Positions 26,409-34,513 of a stretch of DNA of 64,000 bases are shown here, piece after piece; the stretch's first letter is position 1; each line of letters opens with the position of its first letter. Origin of the DNA: an uncultured Candidatus Binatia bacterium (GTDB lineage Bacteria > Desulfobacterota > Binatia > Binatales > Binataceae); NCBI GenBank assembly GCA_964429575.1, contig CAYSCX010000008.1, forward strand, positions 16,217-80,216, written 5' to 3'. Below the pieces are notes generated by a model. It did no database searches. It saw nothing but the letters and a program-made list of their open reading frames with translations, and was not told the DNA's origin. The position numbers and the translations under genes are program-made.

Positions 26409-26541
26409 CCGCGAGACTTGCGGATGCGCCCCAAGGCCACTTGGTACTTGGTTTCCGACAGCGCGGCGAAAATGAGTTCCGAGGGAGAGCGCTTCGCCAC
26501 GATCGTCGCGGCTACACCCGTCTAGGTCCTACCTCCGCCAC

Positions 26542-27705
26542 TCATCCCACCTCCGCCACCCTCGGCAGCACCTTGGTGTGGAACAACTCGATGGTCTTCA
26601 TCAGCCGATCGTGCGGAATCAGCGAATTGTACATCCACGCGAAAATCCACCTGACCGGCAGCCGCTTCGCCATCGTCTCGAGCTGGCGCGTCACAGTATC
26701 GACGGTTCCCACAAACGCAAGCCCGTTCGTCCACAAGTCCGCGGGCTCGCCGGTCTTCGGATCCTCGAGCCCCTTTGAAAATCCAAATGGCTCGAACCAC
26801 TCATGGCCGCAGAAGTAGCCGCCCTCGCGCCACAGATGCATCGCCTCCTCGTCGGTATCCGCGATGATCACGTCGCGCAGCACGCCCATTCCTTCGCCGA
26901 GCGGCTTGCCCGAGACTTCCGCGTACAGTTCGCAAAGCTGGTGCTCGAACTGCGGATAGAGCGGCGGCAGCACCGCAGTGACGCCCTCCTGAGCGCACCA
27001 GCGGATGCTCCGCTCGGATGACGCGAACGGCTGAAAGAGGGGCGGATGCGGCTTCTGGAGCGGCTTTGGCACCACTCCGACTGCCTTCACGATGCCGTCT
27101 TCCACGCCTCCGCCCCACTTGACGGTCGCATCCAGTCCCCACGGCGTAGCGCCGGGTGGAACCTTCCAGTACTTGCCCTGGTACGAGAGCAGGTCCTTGG
27201 TCCACGCGAGCTTGATTATCCGGAAGCACTCTTCGAATGCTTCGCGGTTCGCCGCATCGATGGCATCGTGCTGATGCGGCAATGCACCGCTCACGCCATG
27301 GGTCTGCTGCGCCATGATGTCCACCCAGCGGCGCTGATAGCCGCGCGCAAAGCCGGCATTGGCGCGCCCGCCGGTCATGTGATCGAGCATCGCGATGTCT
27401 TCGGCGACGCGAATCGGATTTGACGCGGGCAGCACGATTCCGAGCTGACCGACCCGCAGTTGTTTGGTCTGCATGCCGACGAACAGGTCGAGCATCACCG
27501 GGTTGTTCGACATCTCGAAGCCTTCGATATGGAAATGGTGCTCGGTGAAGCTGATCGAGTCGTAGCCGATGTCATCGGCAAGCCGCGCCTGCGCGGATAG
27601 TTCGCGCAGCATCTGCTGATAGAGCGAGTTGTTGAGACCGACACGGCCCTTTTCGATGTCGGGCTTGGATCCAACCGTTGGCAGGTAGAAAAGCGAAACT
27701 TTCAT
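26542..27705 (-). CDS. LLM-class (luciferase-like) flavin-dependent oxidoreductase
   Basis: ATG at 27705 after AGAGG. N-terminal MKVSLFYLP...SISFTEHHF and TIM-barrel LLM features. The upstream 25 codons of the track ORF are discarded. Confidence 0.8.
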   Translation of the reverse strand: MKVSLFYLPTVGSKPDIEKGRVGLNNSLYQQMLRELSAQARLADDIGYDSISFTEHHFHIEGFEMSNNPVMLDLFVGMQTKQLRVGQLGIVLPASNPIRVAEDIAMLDHMTGGRANAGFARGYQRRWVDIMAQQTHGVSGALPHQHDAIDAANREAFEECFRIIKLAWTKDLLSYQGKYWKVPPGATPWGLDATVKWGGGVEDGIVKAVGVVPKPLQKPHPPLFQPFASSERSIRWCAQEGVTAVLPPLYPQFEHQLCELYAEVSGKPLGEGMGVLRDVIIADTDEEAMHLWREGGYFCGHEWFEPFGFSKGLEDPKTGEPADLWTNGLAFVGTVDTVTRQLETMAKRLPVRWIFAWMYNSLIPHDRLMKTIELFHTKVLPRVAEVG

Positions 27706-27937
27706 CGTTACCTCTTGCTGCCCGCGATGTGAACCTTGTACGCGCGCCCCGACTTTAGGACGCCATTGGATAGGCCACAAGCGCCACGCACGATTCGCGC
27801 ACTTTCCACGCCTCCGGCCGCGATTCCGTCGTCGTCGATGTCGCCGCGAGCCCGGCCGTACTGATTGATTTCATCCGCGCAAAGTTGCGATTGTAAGCGG
27901 TGCCCGTGCGGCATCCGCCCATGCAAGGAGAACCACC

Positions 27938-28828
27938 ATGTCACAGCAGCAACTCGACACGATCATCCAGATGCTCAGGGCGCGACCCATTGCGCAGGCG
28001 CCGACCATCGAGCAGACCCGCGCAGGATTCGAGCAGATGGCGGGTCTTTTCCCGGTTGACGCCGAGGTGAAGCGCGAGCCCATTCAAGCTGGTGGCGTAC
28101 CTTCCGAATGGGTCTCCGCCCCCGATGCCGACGCGGGCCGCGCGGTGCTTTACCTGCACGGCGGCGGCTATGTGATCGGATCGATCAATACTCATCGCGC
28201 GCTCGCGGCACGCCTGTCGCGAGCGGCCAAGGCGCGCGTACTGGTCATCGACTATCGGCTCGCGCCGGAGCATCCGCATCCCGCCGCCGTCGATGATGCT
28301 GTGGCGGCGTACCGCTGGATGCTTTCGACCGGGCTCAAGCCGACGCGCATCGCGGTCGCCGGTGACTCGGCGGGCGGCGGGTTAACGGTCGCGACGCTGG
28401 TCGCAATCCGCGACGCGAAGCTGGCGACTCCGGGAGCCGGCGCGTGCCTGTCGCCGTGGGTGGACCTCGAAGGCATCGGGGAGTCGATGACCACCAAGGC
28501 GGCGGTCGATCCGATGGTGCAGAAGGAGGGGCTGATCGGGATGGCGAAGGCCTACCTGGGCGGGAAGGATCCGCGCACGCCGCTCGCCGCGCCGCTTTAC
28601 GCGGACTTGAGCGGACTGCCGCCGCTGCTAATCCAAGTCGGCACGGCGGAGACGCTGCTCGATGATTCAACGCGCATAGCGGAGCGCGCGCGCAAAGCAG
28701 GCGTAAAGGTGACGCTTGAGCCGTGGGAGAATATGATTCACGTCTTCCAGCTCTTCGCGCCGATGCTCGATGAGGGTCAGCAGGCGATCGAAAAGATTGG
28801 CGCGTTCGTTCGCGAGCACGCGGCGTAG
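27938..28828 (+). CDS. alpha/beta hydrolase, HSL-type esterase/lipase
   Basis: Oxyanion HGGGY motif, nucleophile elbow GDSAGG, and C-terminal HVF histidine. Confidence 0.9.
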   Translation: MSQQQLDTIIQMLRARPIAQAPTIEQTRAGFEQMAGLFPVDAEVKREPIQAGGVPSEWVSAPDADAGRAVLYLHGGGYVIGSINTHRALAARLSRAAKARVLVIDYRLAPEHPHPAAVDDAVAAYRWMLSTGLKPTRIAVAGDSAGGGLTVATLVAIRDAKLATPGAGACLSPWVDLEGIGESMTTKAAVDPMVQKEGLIGMAKAYLGGKDPRTPLAAPLYADLSGLPPLLIQVGTAETLLDDSTRIAERARKAGVKVTLEPWENMIHVFQLFAPMLDEGQQAIEKIGAFVREHAA

Positions 28829-28917
28829 CGCACGCTCAGAAGTTTCGGGGCCGGTCGCGCGTTGCGGCGGGCCGTTTCATTTTCGCGGTGAGTTGCGGGC
28901 GACCAGAGATTGGCTGG

Positions 28918-29193
28918 CTAGGGCTTGAGGCGCGGATCGTCAGTCGCGATGCATTGCGCGTGATCGAGCGCCGCCTTGCTTGGTTCGTTCTTCTGCGTGA
29001 CGCCCGCGCGGTGCAGAAACTTGGCGCCCTCACATTCGTAAGCGTGGTCATGCGCGCTGAACACGCGCCACTTCGAAAGCGGCGCGCTCACGTCGTAGCT
29101 GGTCCCGACGGCGGGCGGAATCATCAGGTACCATCCGGCCATCAGCACCATGCAGATGTGAACCAGGCAGGTCTTGATGTGCGAGCTGCGCAA
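28918..29193 (-). CDS. small exported hypothetical protein
   Basis: 91 aa with a hydrophobic N-terminus (LVHICMVLMAGWYLMIPP) and conserved-looking Cys pairs. No family recognised. Confidence 0.4.
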   Translation of the reverse strand: MRSSHIKTCLVHICMVLMAGWYLMIPPAVGTSYDVSAPLSKWRVFSAHDHAYECEGAKFLHRAGVTQKNEPSKAALDHAQCIATDDPRLKP

Positions 29194-29210
29194 GATTGAT
29201 GCGGCCTGCG

Positions 29211-30185
29211 TCAGAATCTCACGACCGCTGATCCCCAGGACAAGCCGGCGCCAAGCGCGGCTAACAACAGCATGTCGTCCGGCTTGATACGTCCCTCGCT
29301 GACCGCCTCATCGAGCGCGATCGGAATCGATGCAGCCGAGGTGTTCCCGTACTTGTCGATATTCAAGTAGAACTTTTCGAACGGCATGCCGCAACGCTGG
29401 GCGACGCCCTCCAGAATCCGGAGGTTGGCCTGATGCGCAACGACGCAATCGATGTCCGCGGGCTTGAGTCCATTCGCCGCGAGCGCAACCTGCGATGCAT
29501 GCGCGATGTTCCTCACCGCATGGGTGAATATCGCTCTGCCGTTCATCTTCACGAAATGACGCCGATTGGCGACCGTCTCGGCCGAGGCCGGCTCAGCGCT
29601 GCCGCCGGCGGGAATCGAGAGCAGGCACGCTTGCGAGCCGTCGGCAAACAAATGAGTTGAGAGAATTCCGCGCTCGTCGGTGGAGCGCTCGAGTACGACC
29701 GCGCCCGCGCCATCGCCAAACAGCACGCAGGTATCGCGGTCGGTCCAGTCGAGAACGCGCGAGAGAATCTCGACACCGATGACCAACACGCGCTGGTATG
29801 CGCCGGCCTTGATGAATGAATCGGCGATCGACAGGCCGTAAATGAATCCGGCGCACGCCGCCGCGATGTCGAATGCCGGGCACGATGCGCCGAGTTTGTG
29901 TTGGACGAAGACGGACGCCGCGGGGAGCGGCATGTCGGGACTGATGGTCGCGCAGATGATGCAGTCGAGCTGGGCAGGTTCGATAGAGGCGGCAGCACAG
30001 GCGCGGCGTCCGGCCTCTGCCGCAAGATCGCTGGTCACGCGGCCCGGCTCCAGGACCCGCCGTTCGCGGATCCCGGTGCGTTCTCGAATCCAGGTGTCGC
30101 TGGTCTCAACCAGCTTCGACAGGTCGTCGTTGGTTACAATCTGGCCGGGCACGGCCCGGCCGGTGCCGGCGATGCGGGTTCTCAC
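29211..30185 (-). CDS. fabH: beta-ketoacyl-ACP synthase III
   Basis: The GTG at 30185 gives VRTRIAGTGRAVPGQIVTNDDL, a canonical FabH N-terminus. Active-site ACAGF (Cys), HQAN (His) and GNTSAAS (Asn) are present. The 40-codon upstream extension in the track overlaps the RRM gene and is rejected. Confidence 0.9.
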   Translation of the reverse strand: MRTRIAGTGRAVPGQIVTNDDLSKLVETSDTWIRERTGIRERRVLEPGRVTSDLAAEAGRRACAAASIEPAQLDCIICATISPDMPLPAASVFVQHKLGASCPAFDIAAACAGFIYGLSIADSFIKAGAYQRVLVIGVEILSRVLDWTDRDTCVLFGDGAGAVVLERSTDERGILSTHLFADGSQACLLSIPAGGSAEPASAETVANRRHFVKMNGRAIFTHAVRNIAHASQVALAANGLKPADIDCVVAHQANLRILEGVAQRCGMPFEKFYLNIDKYGNTSAASIPIALDEAVSEGRIKPDDMLLLAALGAGLSWGSAVVRF

Positions 30186-30445
30186 TTGAGCGGCGCTGGG
30201 ATCCGTCCATCCATTGGGGCGATACGAATCTTGCGGCCCTTGATATCGGCGTGATTCAGCCACTTGATCGCGTACGCGGCGTCGTCGTGTCGAGCCATGT
30301 CCACGCATCCGAATCCGCGCGACCGGCCAGACGGCTTGTCAGTGACCAACAATACGCCGCGCACTTCGCCAGCCTTGGCGAAATGCTTTTTCAGGTCATC
30401 ACCGGTGACGGTGATTGCAAGGTTGTCGAAATACACTCTAGGCAA
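30182..30445 (-). CDS. RRM-type RNA-binding protein
   Basis: RNP-2-like VYFDNL and RNP-1-like RGFGCVDM; 87 aa. TTG start 7 nt after AGGAGG. The stop overlaps the fabH GTG (GTGA). Confidence 0.8.
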   Translation of the reverse strand: MPRVYFDNLAITVTGDDLKKHFAKAGEVRGVLLVTDKPSGRSRGFGCVDMARHDDAAYAIKWLNHADIKGRKIRIAPMDGRIPAPLK

Positions 30446-30533
30446 TGAATGACCTCCTGCTCCGTTTGTGCTCGCCGCGGGCGGATTGTCGGTGGCCGCG
30501 CTCGCAAGATGAAGGGAAAGTCCGGACAGCCGT

Positions 30534-30539
30534 ATTATA
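30534..30539 (-). promoter_or_regulatory. candidate -10 box (TATAAT) upstream of the RRM gene
   Basis: A perfect TATAAT on the minus strand about 90 nt upstream of the start, which is conspicuous in high-GC DNA. The -35 is poor. Confidence 0.3.
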
Positions 30540-30630
30540 TGCCTTATCGCCGGTGCGCGCGACCCGTGGTGGCGACCGAAACGAGACGAGGTCGAGGTGA
30601 GTGTGAAACCGCCGAAATTGACTGAGAGAG

Positions 30631-30707
30631 TGGCGCGCCCTGAGGGATTTGAACCCCCGACCCGCAGATCCGTAGTCTGCTGCTCTAATCCGCTGAGCTA
30701 AGGGCGC
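30631..30707 (-). tRNA. tRNA-Arg (anticodon ACG), CCA encoded
   Basis: Hand-folded cloverleaf. Acceptor GCGCCCT/AGGGCGC, D stem GCTC/GAGC, anticodon stem GCAGA/TCTGC with loop CTACGGA, T arm GGGGG-TTCAAAT-CCCTC, discriminator G plus CCA. Confidence 0.92.
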
Positions 30708-30783
30708 ACCGGGAAACTACAAAATTTTCACATCGCGACCCGTGTCGCAAGACGCCGCGGCGCGCGCTCGAGCGACGGCGCTT

Positions 30784-30850
30784 AGCAGGCGGTTGAAAAA
30801 GTCATTTTCAACCGCCTGCTGCCTCTCTCGCGTCCCTCCCAGAGGAGAGC
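30784..30850. repeat. family-1 repeat, partial copy (first hairpin plus CCTCTCTCGC plus a degenerate core palindrome)
   Basis: AGCAGGCGGTTGAAAAAGTCATTTTCAACCGCCTGCT followed by GCCTCTCTCGCGTCCCTCCCAGAGGAGAG. Co-linear with 34207-34274. Confidence 0.8.
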
Positions 30851-30860
30851 TTTGCGTAAG

Positions 30861-30902
30861 CGACAACCTAACCCCTGACCCCTTCCCTAAAGGGAAGGGG
30901 AA
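30861..30902. repeat. family-2 palindromic repeat (CCTAACCCCTGNCCCCTTCCC-TAAA-GGGAAGGGGAA)
   Basis: Nearly identical about 40-mer at 48122-48160. Stem CCCCTTCCC/GGGAAGGGG with loop TAAA. A related longer hairpin lies at 30948-30993. Confidence 0.8.
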
Positions 30903-31055
30903 CCCGGCGCGGGGAGAGAGGGCGCGCGTGTGGCCCAACCCGCTGGACCCTTCCCCGTTCGACTTCGCTCAGGGCAGGCCTAAAGGGAAGGGGAACCAGA
31001 AAGGGAGCGCACCGCCGGGACCGCGCCGATGGGTTCCGCGTTGCTCATCACCCTG

Positions 31056-32477
31056 TTAGGACGCGCGCGCGGTCGCGCCGGACTCGGCGGCGGGAATCCA
31101 GACCGTGACCGTGGTGCCTTCGCGCAGTCGGCTTTCGATCTGAAGAGCGCCATGGTGCAGCTGTACGATGTGCTTGACGATGGCAAGGCCGAGGCCGGTG
31201 CCGCCGAGCTCACGCGAACGGGCGCGGTCGACGCGATAGAAGCGTTCGGTCAGGCGCGGGATATCCGACGCCGGGATACCCTCGCCAGTATCGGCTACCG
31301 CGACCGCGACGCCCATTCGCCCCCCGGCAACGTTTTGCCGCGCGTGCGCTGAGAGTGTGACGCGGCCCTCGCGGGGCGTGTATTTGATCGCATTGTCGAG
31401 CAGGTTGAGCATCACTTGCTGCATTCGGTCACGGTCGCCGAACAGCTTCGGAAGCGAATCACCGCAATCGATCACGATCGCGATCCCACCGCGTTGCGCC
31501 TGCTCGCGCATCAGCTCGGCGGCCTCATCCAGCACTGTGCGCGGATCGAGGGGTTCAAGCCGAAGCGGCGTAAGGCCGCGCTCGAGGTCGGAGAGCGTTA
31601 TGAGGTCATCGATCAGGCGGCCGAGCCGGCGCGATTGGCGTTCGATGATTCCAAGGAAGCGGTGGCGCGTTGCGGGATCATCAACGCCCTGCACCAACGT
31701 CTCGGCATAGCCGCAAAGCGCACTGAGCGGGGTGCGAAGCTCGTGGGTAAGGTTCTGGATGAAGTCCGCGCGCACCGTCTCATAGACCTTGAGCCGGGTG
31801 ATGTCGTGGAACACCAGCACCCACGCGGTCACCTCGCCGCGCGCGCTCAACACCGGCGCGGCGTTGACGTCGAGATCGTAATGGTCGGGATTCTGAATCA
31901 CGATTTGCGCGCGAATCACGGCGCCATCGCGTGAGGCCATCGAACGCGCCACGAACTCCTGCAGCCGCGGGTCGCGGCAGAATTCGACGAAGTCGCGTCC
32001 TCGCACGGCTGCATCGTCGGCGAGTCCAAACATCTTGCGGGCCGCGCCGTTCACCAGCACCACGGCGCCATCGCGGCGTGTCACGACCACCGCCTCGGTC
32101 ATGCTGCGCAGAATCGCCTCGAATTCATCGCGCTGTTCAGCGAGGGTATCGATCTCGCCGGCGACCGAGTCAGCCGCGTCCAGCAATTTGCGCTCTGCAC
32201 GGCCGAGCGCGTCATCATCTTCGCGCACCAGGTGTGGAGGCGGATTGCGCTGCTCAAGCGCGCTCGCGACCGCTTCGAGCCGCTCCGCGTGCGCGCGGAG
32301 TTCGCGCGCGGCGGCCGCGAGCCAGATGGCCGACGCGGCGGCACCCAGCGCGAGGGCGGTCACGACCCAAATGAACGAAACCAGGTGGAAAGACGCGAGC
32401 ACGACCAGCAGCACGGCGGCCGGCAGAAGACCGGCCGCAACCGCCGCGGCCATGCGAACGATCGGCGATTCAGTCAA
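31056..32477 (-). CDS. phoR: sensor histidine kinase, PhoR-like
   Basis: N-terminal TM segments, a PAS-like region, H-box FIQNLTHELRTPL, and HATPase N/G boxes (LLDNAIKYTP, DTGEGIP, GGTGLGLAIV). Follows the phoB-like gene with an 8-nt overlap. Confidence 0.8.
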   Translation of the reverse strand: MTESPIVRMAAAVAAGLLPAAVLLVVLASFHLVSFIWVVTALALGAAASAIWLAAAARELRAHAERLEAVASALEQRNPPPHLVREDDDALGRAERKLLDAADSVAGEIDTLAEQRDEFEAILRSMTEAVVVTRRDGAVVLVNGAARKMFGLADDAAVRGRDFVEFCRDPRLQEFVARSMASRDGAVIRAQIVIQNPDHYDLDVNAAPVLSARGEVTAWVLVFHDITRLKVYETVRADFIQNLTHELRTPLSALCGYAETLVQGVDDPATRHRFLGIIERQSRRLGRLIDDLITLSDLERGLTPLRLEPLDPRTVLDEAAELMREQAQRGGIAIVIDCGDSLPKLFGDRDRMQQVMLNLLDNAIKYTPREGRVTLSAHARQNVAGGRMGVAVAVADTGEGIPASDIPRLTERFYRVDRARSRELGGTGLGLAIVKHIVQLHHGALQIESRLREGTTVTVWIPAAESGATARAS

Positions 32478-33210
32478 GCGCGTCGGGGTTGAACCTGTAA
32501 CCCACGCTACGAACCGTAAGAATCATCTCGGGATTCGCGTCATCACGTTCAATGTGCTGACGCAGCCGTCGCACGTGCACGTCGACGGTGCGCGGCTCCA
32601 CGAAGGTGTCGCGTCCCCATACCATGTCGAGCAGCTGCTCGCGCGCGTAGACGCGCATCGGATGGCGCACGAAGAAACGCAGCAGCTCGAATTCACGCAG
32701 CGCGAGGGGGGTTGGCTTGCCATCAACCCACACCTGGTAGGTGCCGAAGTCGATCCTGAGGCGGCCGCGGTCGAAGACGCCACCGGGGTCAGAATCGGTC
32801 TGCGGATGCGCGCGGCGCAACAGCGCCTTCACGCGCGCGACCAGCTCGCGCGGGCTGAACGGCTTCACGACGTAATCATCCGCGCCCATCTCAAGGCCGA
32901 GCACTTTGTCCACCTCAGTACCCTTGGCAGTGACGACCAGCACCGGCAGGCGGGAAATCTCGGGATTGGCGCGGATCTGCCGGCAGACCTCGAGCCCGGG
33001 CATCCCGGGCAGCATCAGATCGAGGACCACGAGATCGGGCTGACGGCGGCGGATGCGTTCCATCGCTTGTGCGCCATCAACCGCCTCGTCGACGTTGTAA
33101 CCCTCGCGCTCGAGGTTGAATTTGATTAGCTCGCGAATGTCGGACTCGTCCTCGACGACGAGCACCGCCTGCTGATGGGCGCGCTGAACTTGCTCAGATG
33201 CGTGGTTCAT
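32470..33210 (-). CDS. phoB: OmpR/PhoB-family response regulator
   Basis: Receiver domain (VLVVEDESDIRELI, DLVVLDLMLPG) and winged-helix output (LREFELLRFF...TVDVHVRRLR...VRSVGYRF). Confidence 0.85.
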   Translation of the reverse strand: MNHASEQVQRAHQQAVLVVEDESDIRELIKFNLEREGYNVDEAVDGAQAMERIRRRQPDLVVLDLMLPGMPGLEVCRQIRANPEISRLPVLVVTAKGTEVDKVLGLEMGADDYVVKPFSPRELVARVKALLRRAHPQTDSDPGGVFDRGRLRIDFGTYQVWVDGKPTPLALREFELLRFFVRHPMRVYAREQLLDMVWGRDTFVEPRTVDVHVRRLRQHIERDDANPEMILTVRSVGYRFNPDALD

Positions 33211-33895
33211 GCTTCTTGCTGTCCATGTGGCGGATCATCTTGCCCTTGACCATGAACGTCACCATCTCGGCGATGTTGGTGGCGTGGTCGGCAATTCGTT
33301 CAAGATACTTGGAGACGAATAGCACACAGGTGGCGCAGCCGATGGTGTGGGGATCTTCGGCCATGTAGCTCAGAAGTTCGCGATATATCTGGTAGTTGAG
33401 CTGATCGACCTCATCGTCGCGCGCGATCACCTGATCCGCCAACTCGGTGTCCTGGCGCATGAACGCGTCGATGGAGTCTTTGACCATCGTTTGAGCGATG
33501 CCCGCCATGCGCGGGATGTCGATGTACGGCTTTAGCTGGGGGAGTTCGTTAAGCTCCAGCACGCGCTCGCAGATGTTGACCGCGTTGTCGCCGATGCGTT
33601 CGAGGTCGGTGGTGATTTTGAGTCCAGTGGTCGTGAAGCGAAGGTCGCCGGCGGTGGGTTGATGCAGCGCGAGGAGCCGGATGCAGCGCTCGTCGTTTTC
33701 CACGTCCAGGTGATTGACTTCCTCGTCGCGTGCAATGATCTCGCGGGCAAGATCGCTGTCGCGGTTGACGAGCGCGTCGATCGCGTCGGCGATTTGGCGC
33801 TCGACGAGCCCGCCCATCTTAAGCAGACCCGCGCGCAGCCCGCGCAGCTCTTCTTCGTACGCGCGATCGGTGTGCAGTGGTTGCGACGTGACCAT
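33194..33895 (-). CDS. phoU: phosphate signalling complex protein PhoU
   Basis: Two PhoU repeats (DLERIGDNAVNI and YLERIADHATNI). The ATG at 33895 lies 5 nt after GGGAGGGA. The longer track ORF is rejected. Confidence 0.88.
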   Translation of the reverse strand: MVTSQPLHTDRAYEEELRGLRAGLLKMGGLVERQIADAIDALVNRDSDLAREIIARDEEVNHLDVENDERCIRLLALHQPTAGDLRFTTTGLKITTDLERIGDNAVNICERVLELNELPQLKPYIDIPRMAGIAQTMVKDSIDAFMRQDTELADQVIARDDEVDQLNYQIYRELLSYMAEDPHTIGCATCVLFVSKYLERIADHATNIAEMVTFMVKGKMIRHMDSKKHEPRI

Positions 33896-34061
33896 CGGCG
33901 TCCCTCCCGGCGGCTCAGCCATCGTGCGCGCCCGCCAGGCGGGCGTCGCGGTCGCTGAGCGGCATCCTGGAACGCGCCGCGCCTGCGCGGAGTTCCGGGC
34001 GGGCATTGGCGCGCACGAGGGCGGGGATACCGGTGTCGGTGTGCTGCTGCACCGTGTAAGT

Positions 34062-34090
34062 CACTATAACTGATCCGCGCAGCGGGTTAA
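34062..34090 (-). promoter_or_regulatory. candidate sigma-70-like promoter for phoU-phoB-phoR
   Basis: The minus strand reads TTTAAC-17 nt-TATAGT, about 165 nt upstream of the phoU ATG. Weak evidence; no Pho box recognised. Confidence 0.25.
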
Positions 34091-34206
34091 ATTCCGTCGA
34101 GCACACCAGAGCGCTGAGACCATCGCGCATCAGACCTCCGGCGCCGCACCGTCCGACGCATTGACCAGCGACTCGAACCTGCTGAGTGGACCTCGCCGCA
34201 GGGGCT

Positions 34207-34390
34207 AGCAGGATGTTGAAAAAGGCATTTTCAACATCCTGCTCCCTCTCTCGCATCTCCCCCGCAGGGGGAGAAGATAAGGAAGGTTGCCCGATCCTTC
34301 GCCCATACCTCAGGACAAGGTTTTTACGCAGGGTGTTGGCAATAAGGCCGATGCCAATTTGGTATTCAAGGCTTTTCTCAACACCCTGCT
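34207..34390. repeat. family-1 palindromic intergenic repeat, full copy
   Basis: Hairpin AGCAGGATGTTGAAAAAGGCATTTTCAACATCCTGCT, then CCCTCTCTCGCA, palindrome TCTCCCCC-GCA-GGGGGAGA, and outer hairpin GCAGGGTGTTGG...CTCAACACCCTGC (34328-34389). Confidence 0.85.
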
Positions 34391-34513
34391 AGACGCCCAC
34401 CCCTGCGACGGCGCTGCCATCTGACGCAATCGTAGTGTGCGACTGTTACGCCGCGATTAATGGCCGGGAAATTCGATGTGAAGCGTCACGCCGCCGTGCA
34501 CCAGAATCGCGGC

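Noticed and set aside
26351-26500. 49-codon minus-strand ORF (VAKRSPSELIFAALSETKYQVALGRIRKSRGAFFTDELMRLSSERGIDL) as an antitoxin-like small gene
   Set aside because: It has a GTG start with no SD and crosses the islet junction. It is better explained as the upstream half of the ORF split by the insertion, and I could find no convincing family resemblance.
26135-26818. 227-aa plus-strand ORF spanning the right islet junction
   Set aside because: It runs antisense through the Dam 5' end, the junction and the 3' end of the LLM gene. It crosses a compositional boundary and has no recognisable domain, so it is an artefact.
30186-30308. 40-codon N-terminal extension of fabH in the ORF track
   Set aside because: It overlaps the RRM gene in another frame and is Arg-rich. 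The GTG at 30185 yields the canonical FabH N-terminus and a GTGA stop-start overlap.
30631-31055. tRNA-Arg as the attachment site of an integrated element
   Set aside because: The repeat-rich DNA lies on the 5' side of the tRNA. No integrase and no duplicated tRNA 3' segment were seen, and the neighbouring genes (phoR, fabH) are core-like.
33896-34006. Longer PhoU ORF starting at 34006
   Set aside because: The extra 37 residues are Arg/Ala-rich with no PhoU similarity. The ATG at 33895 has a strong GGGAGGGA SD and gives the usual length of about 230 aa.
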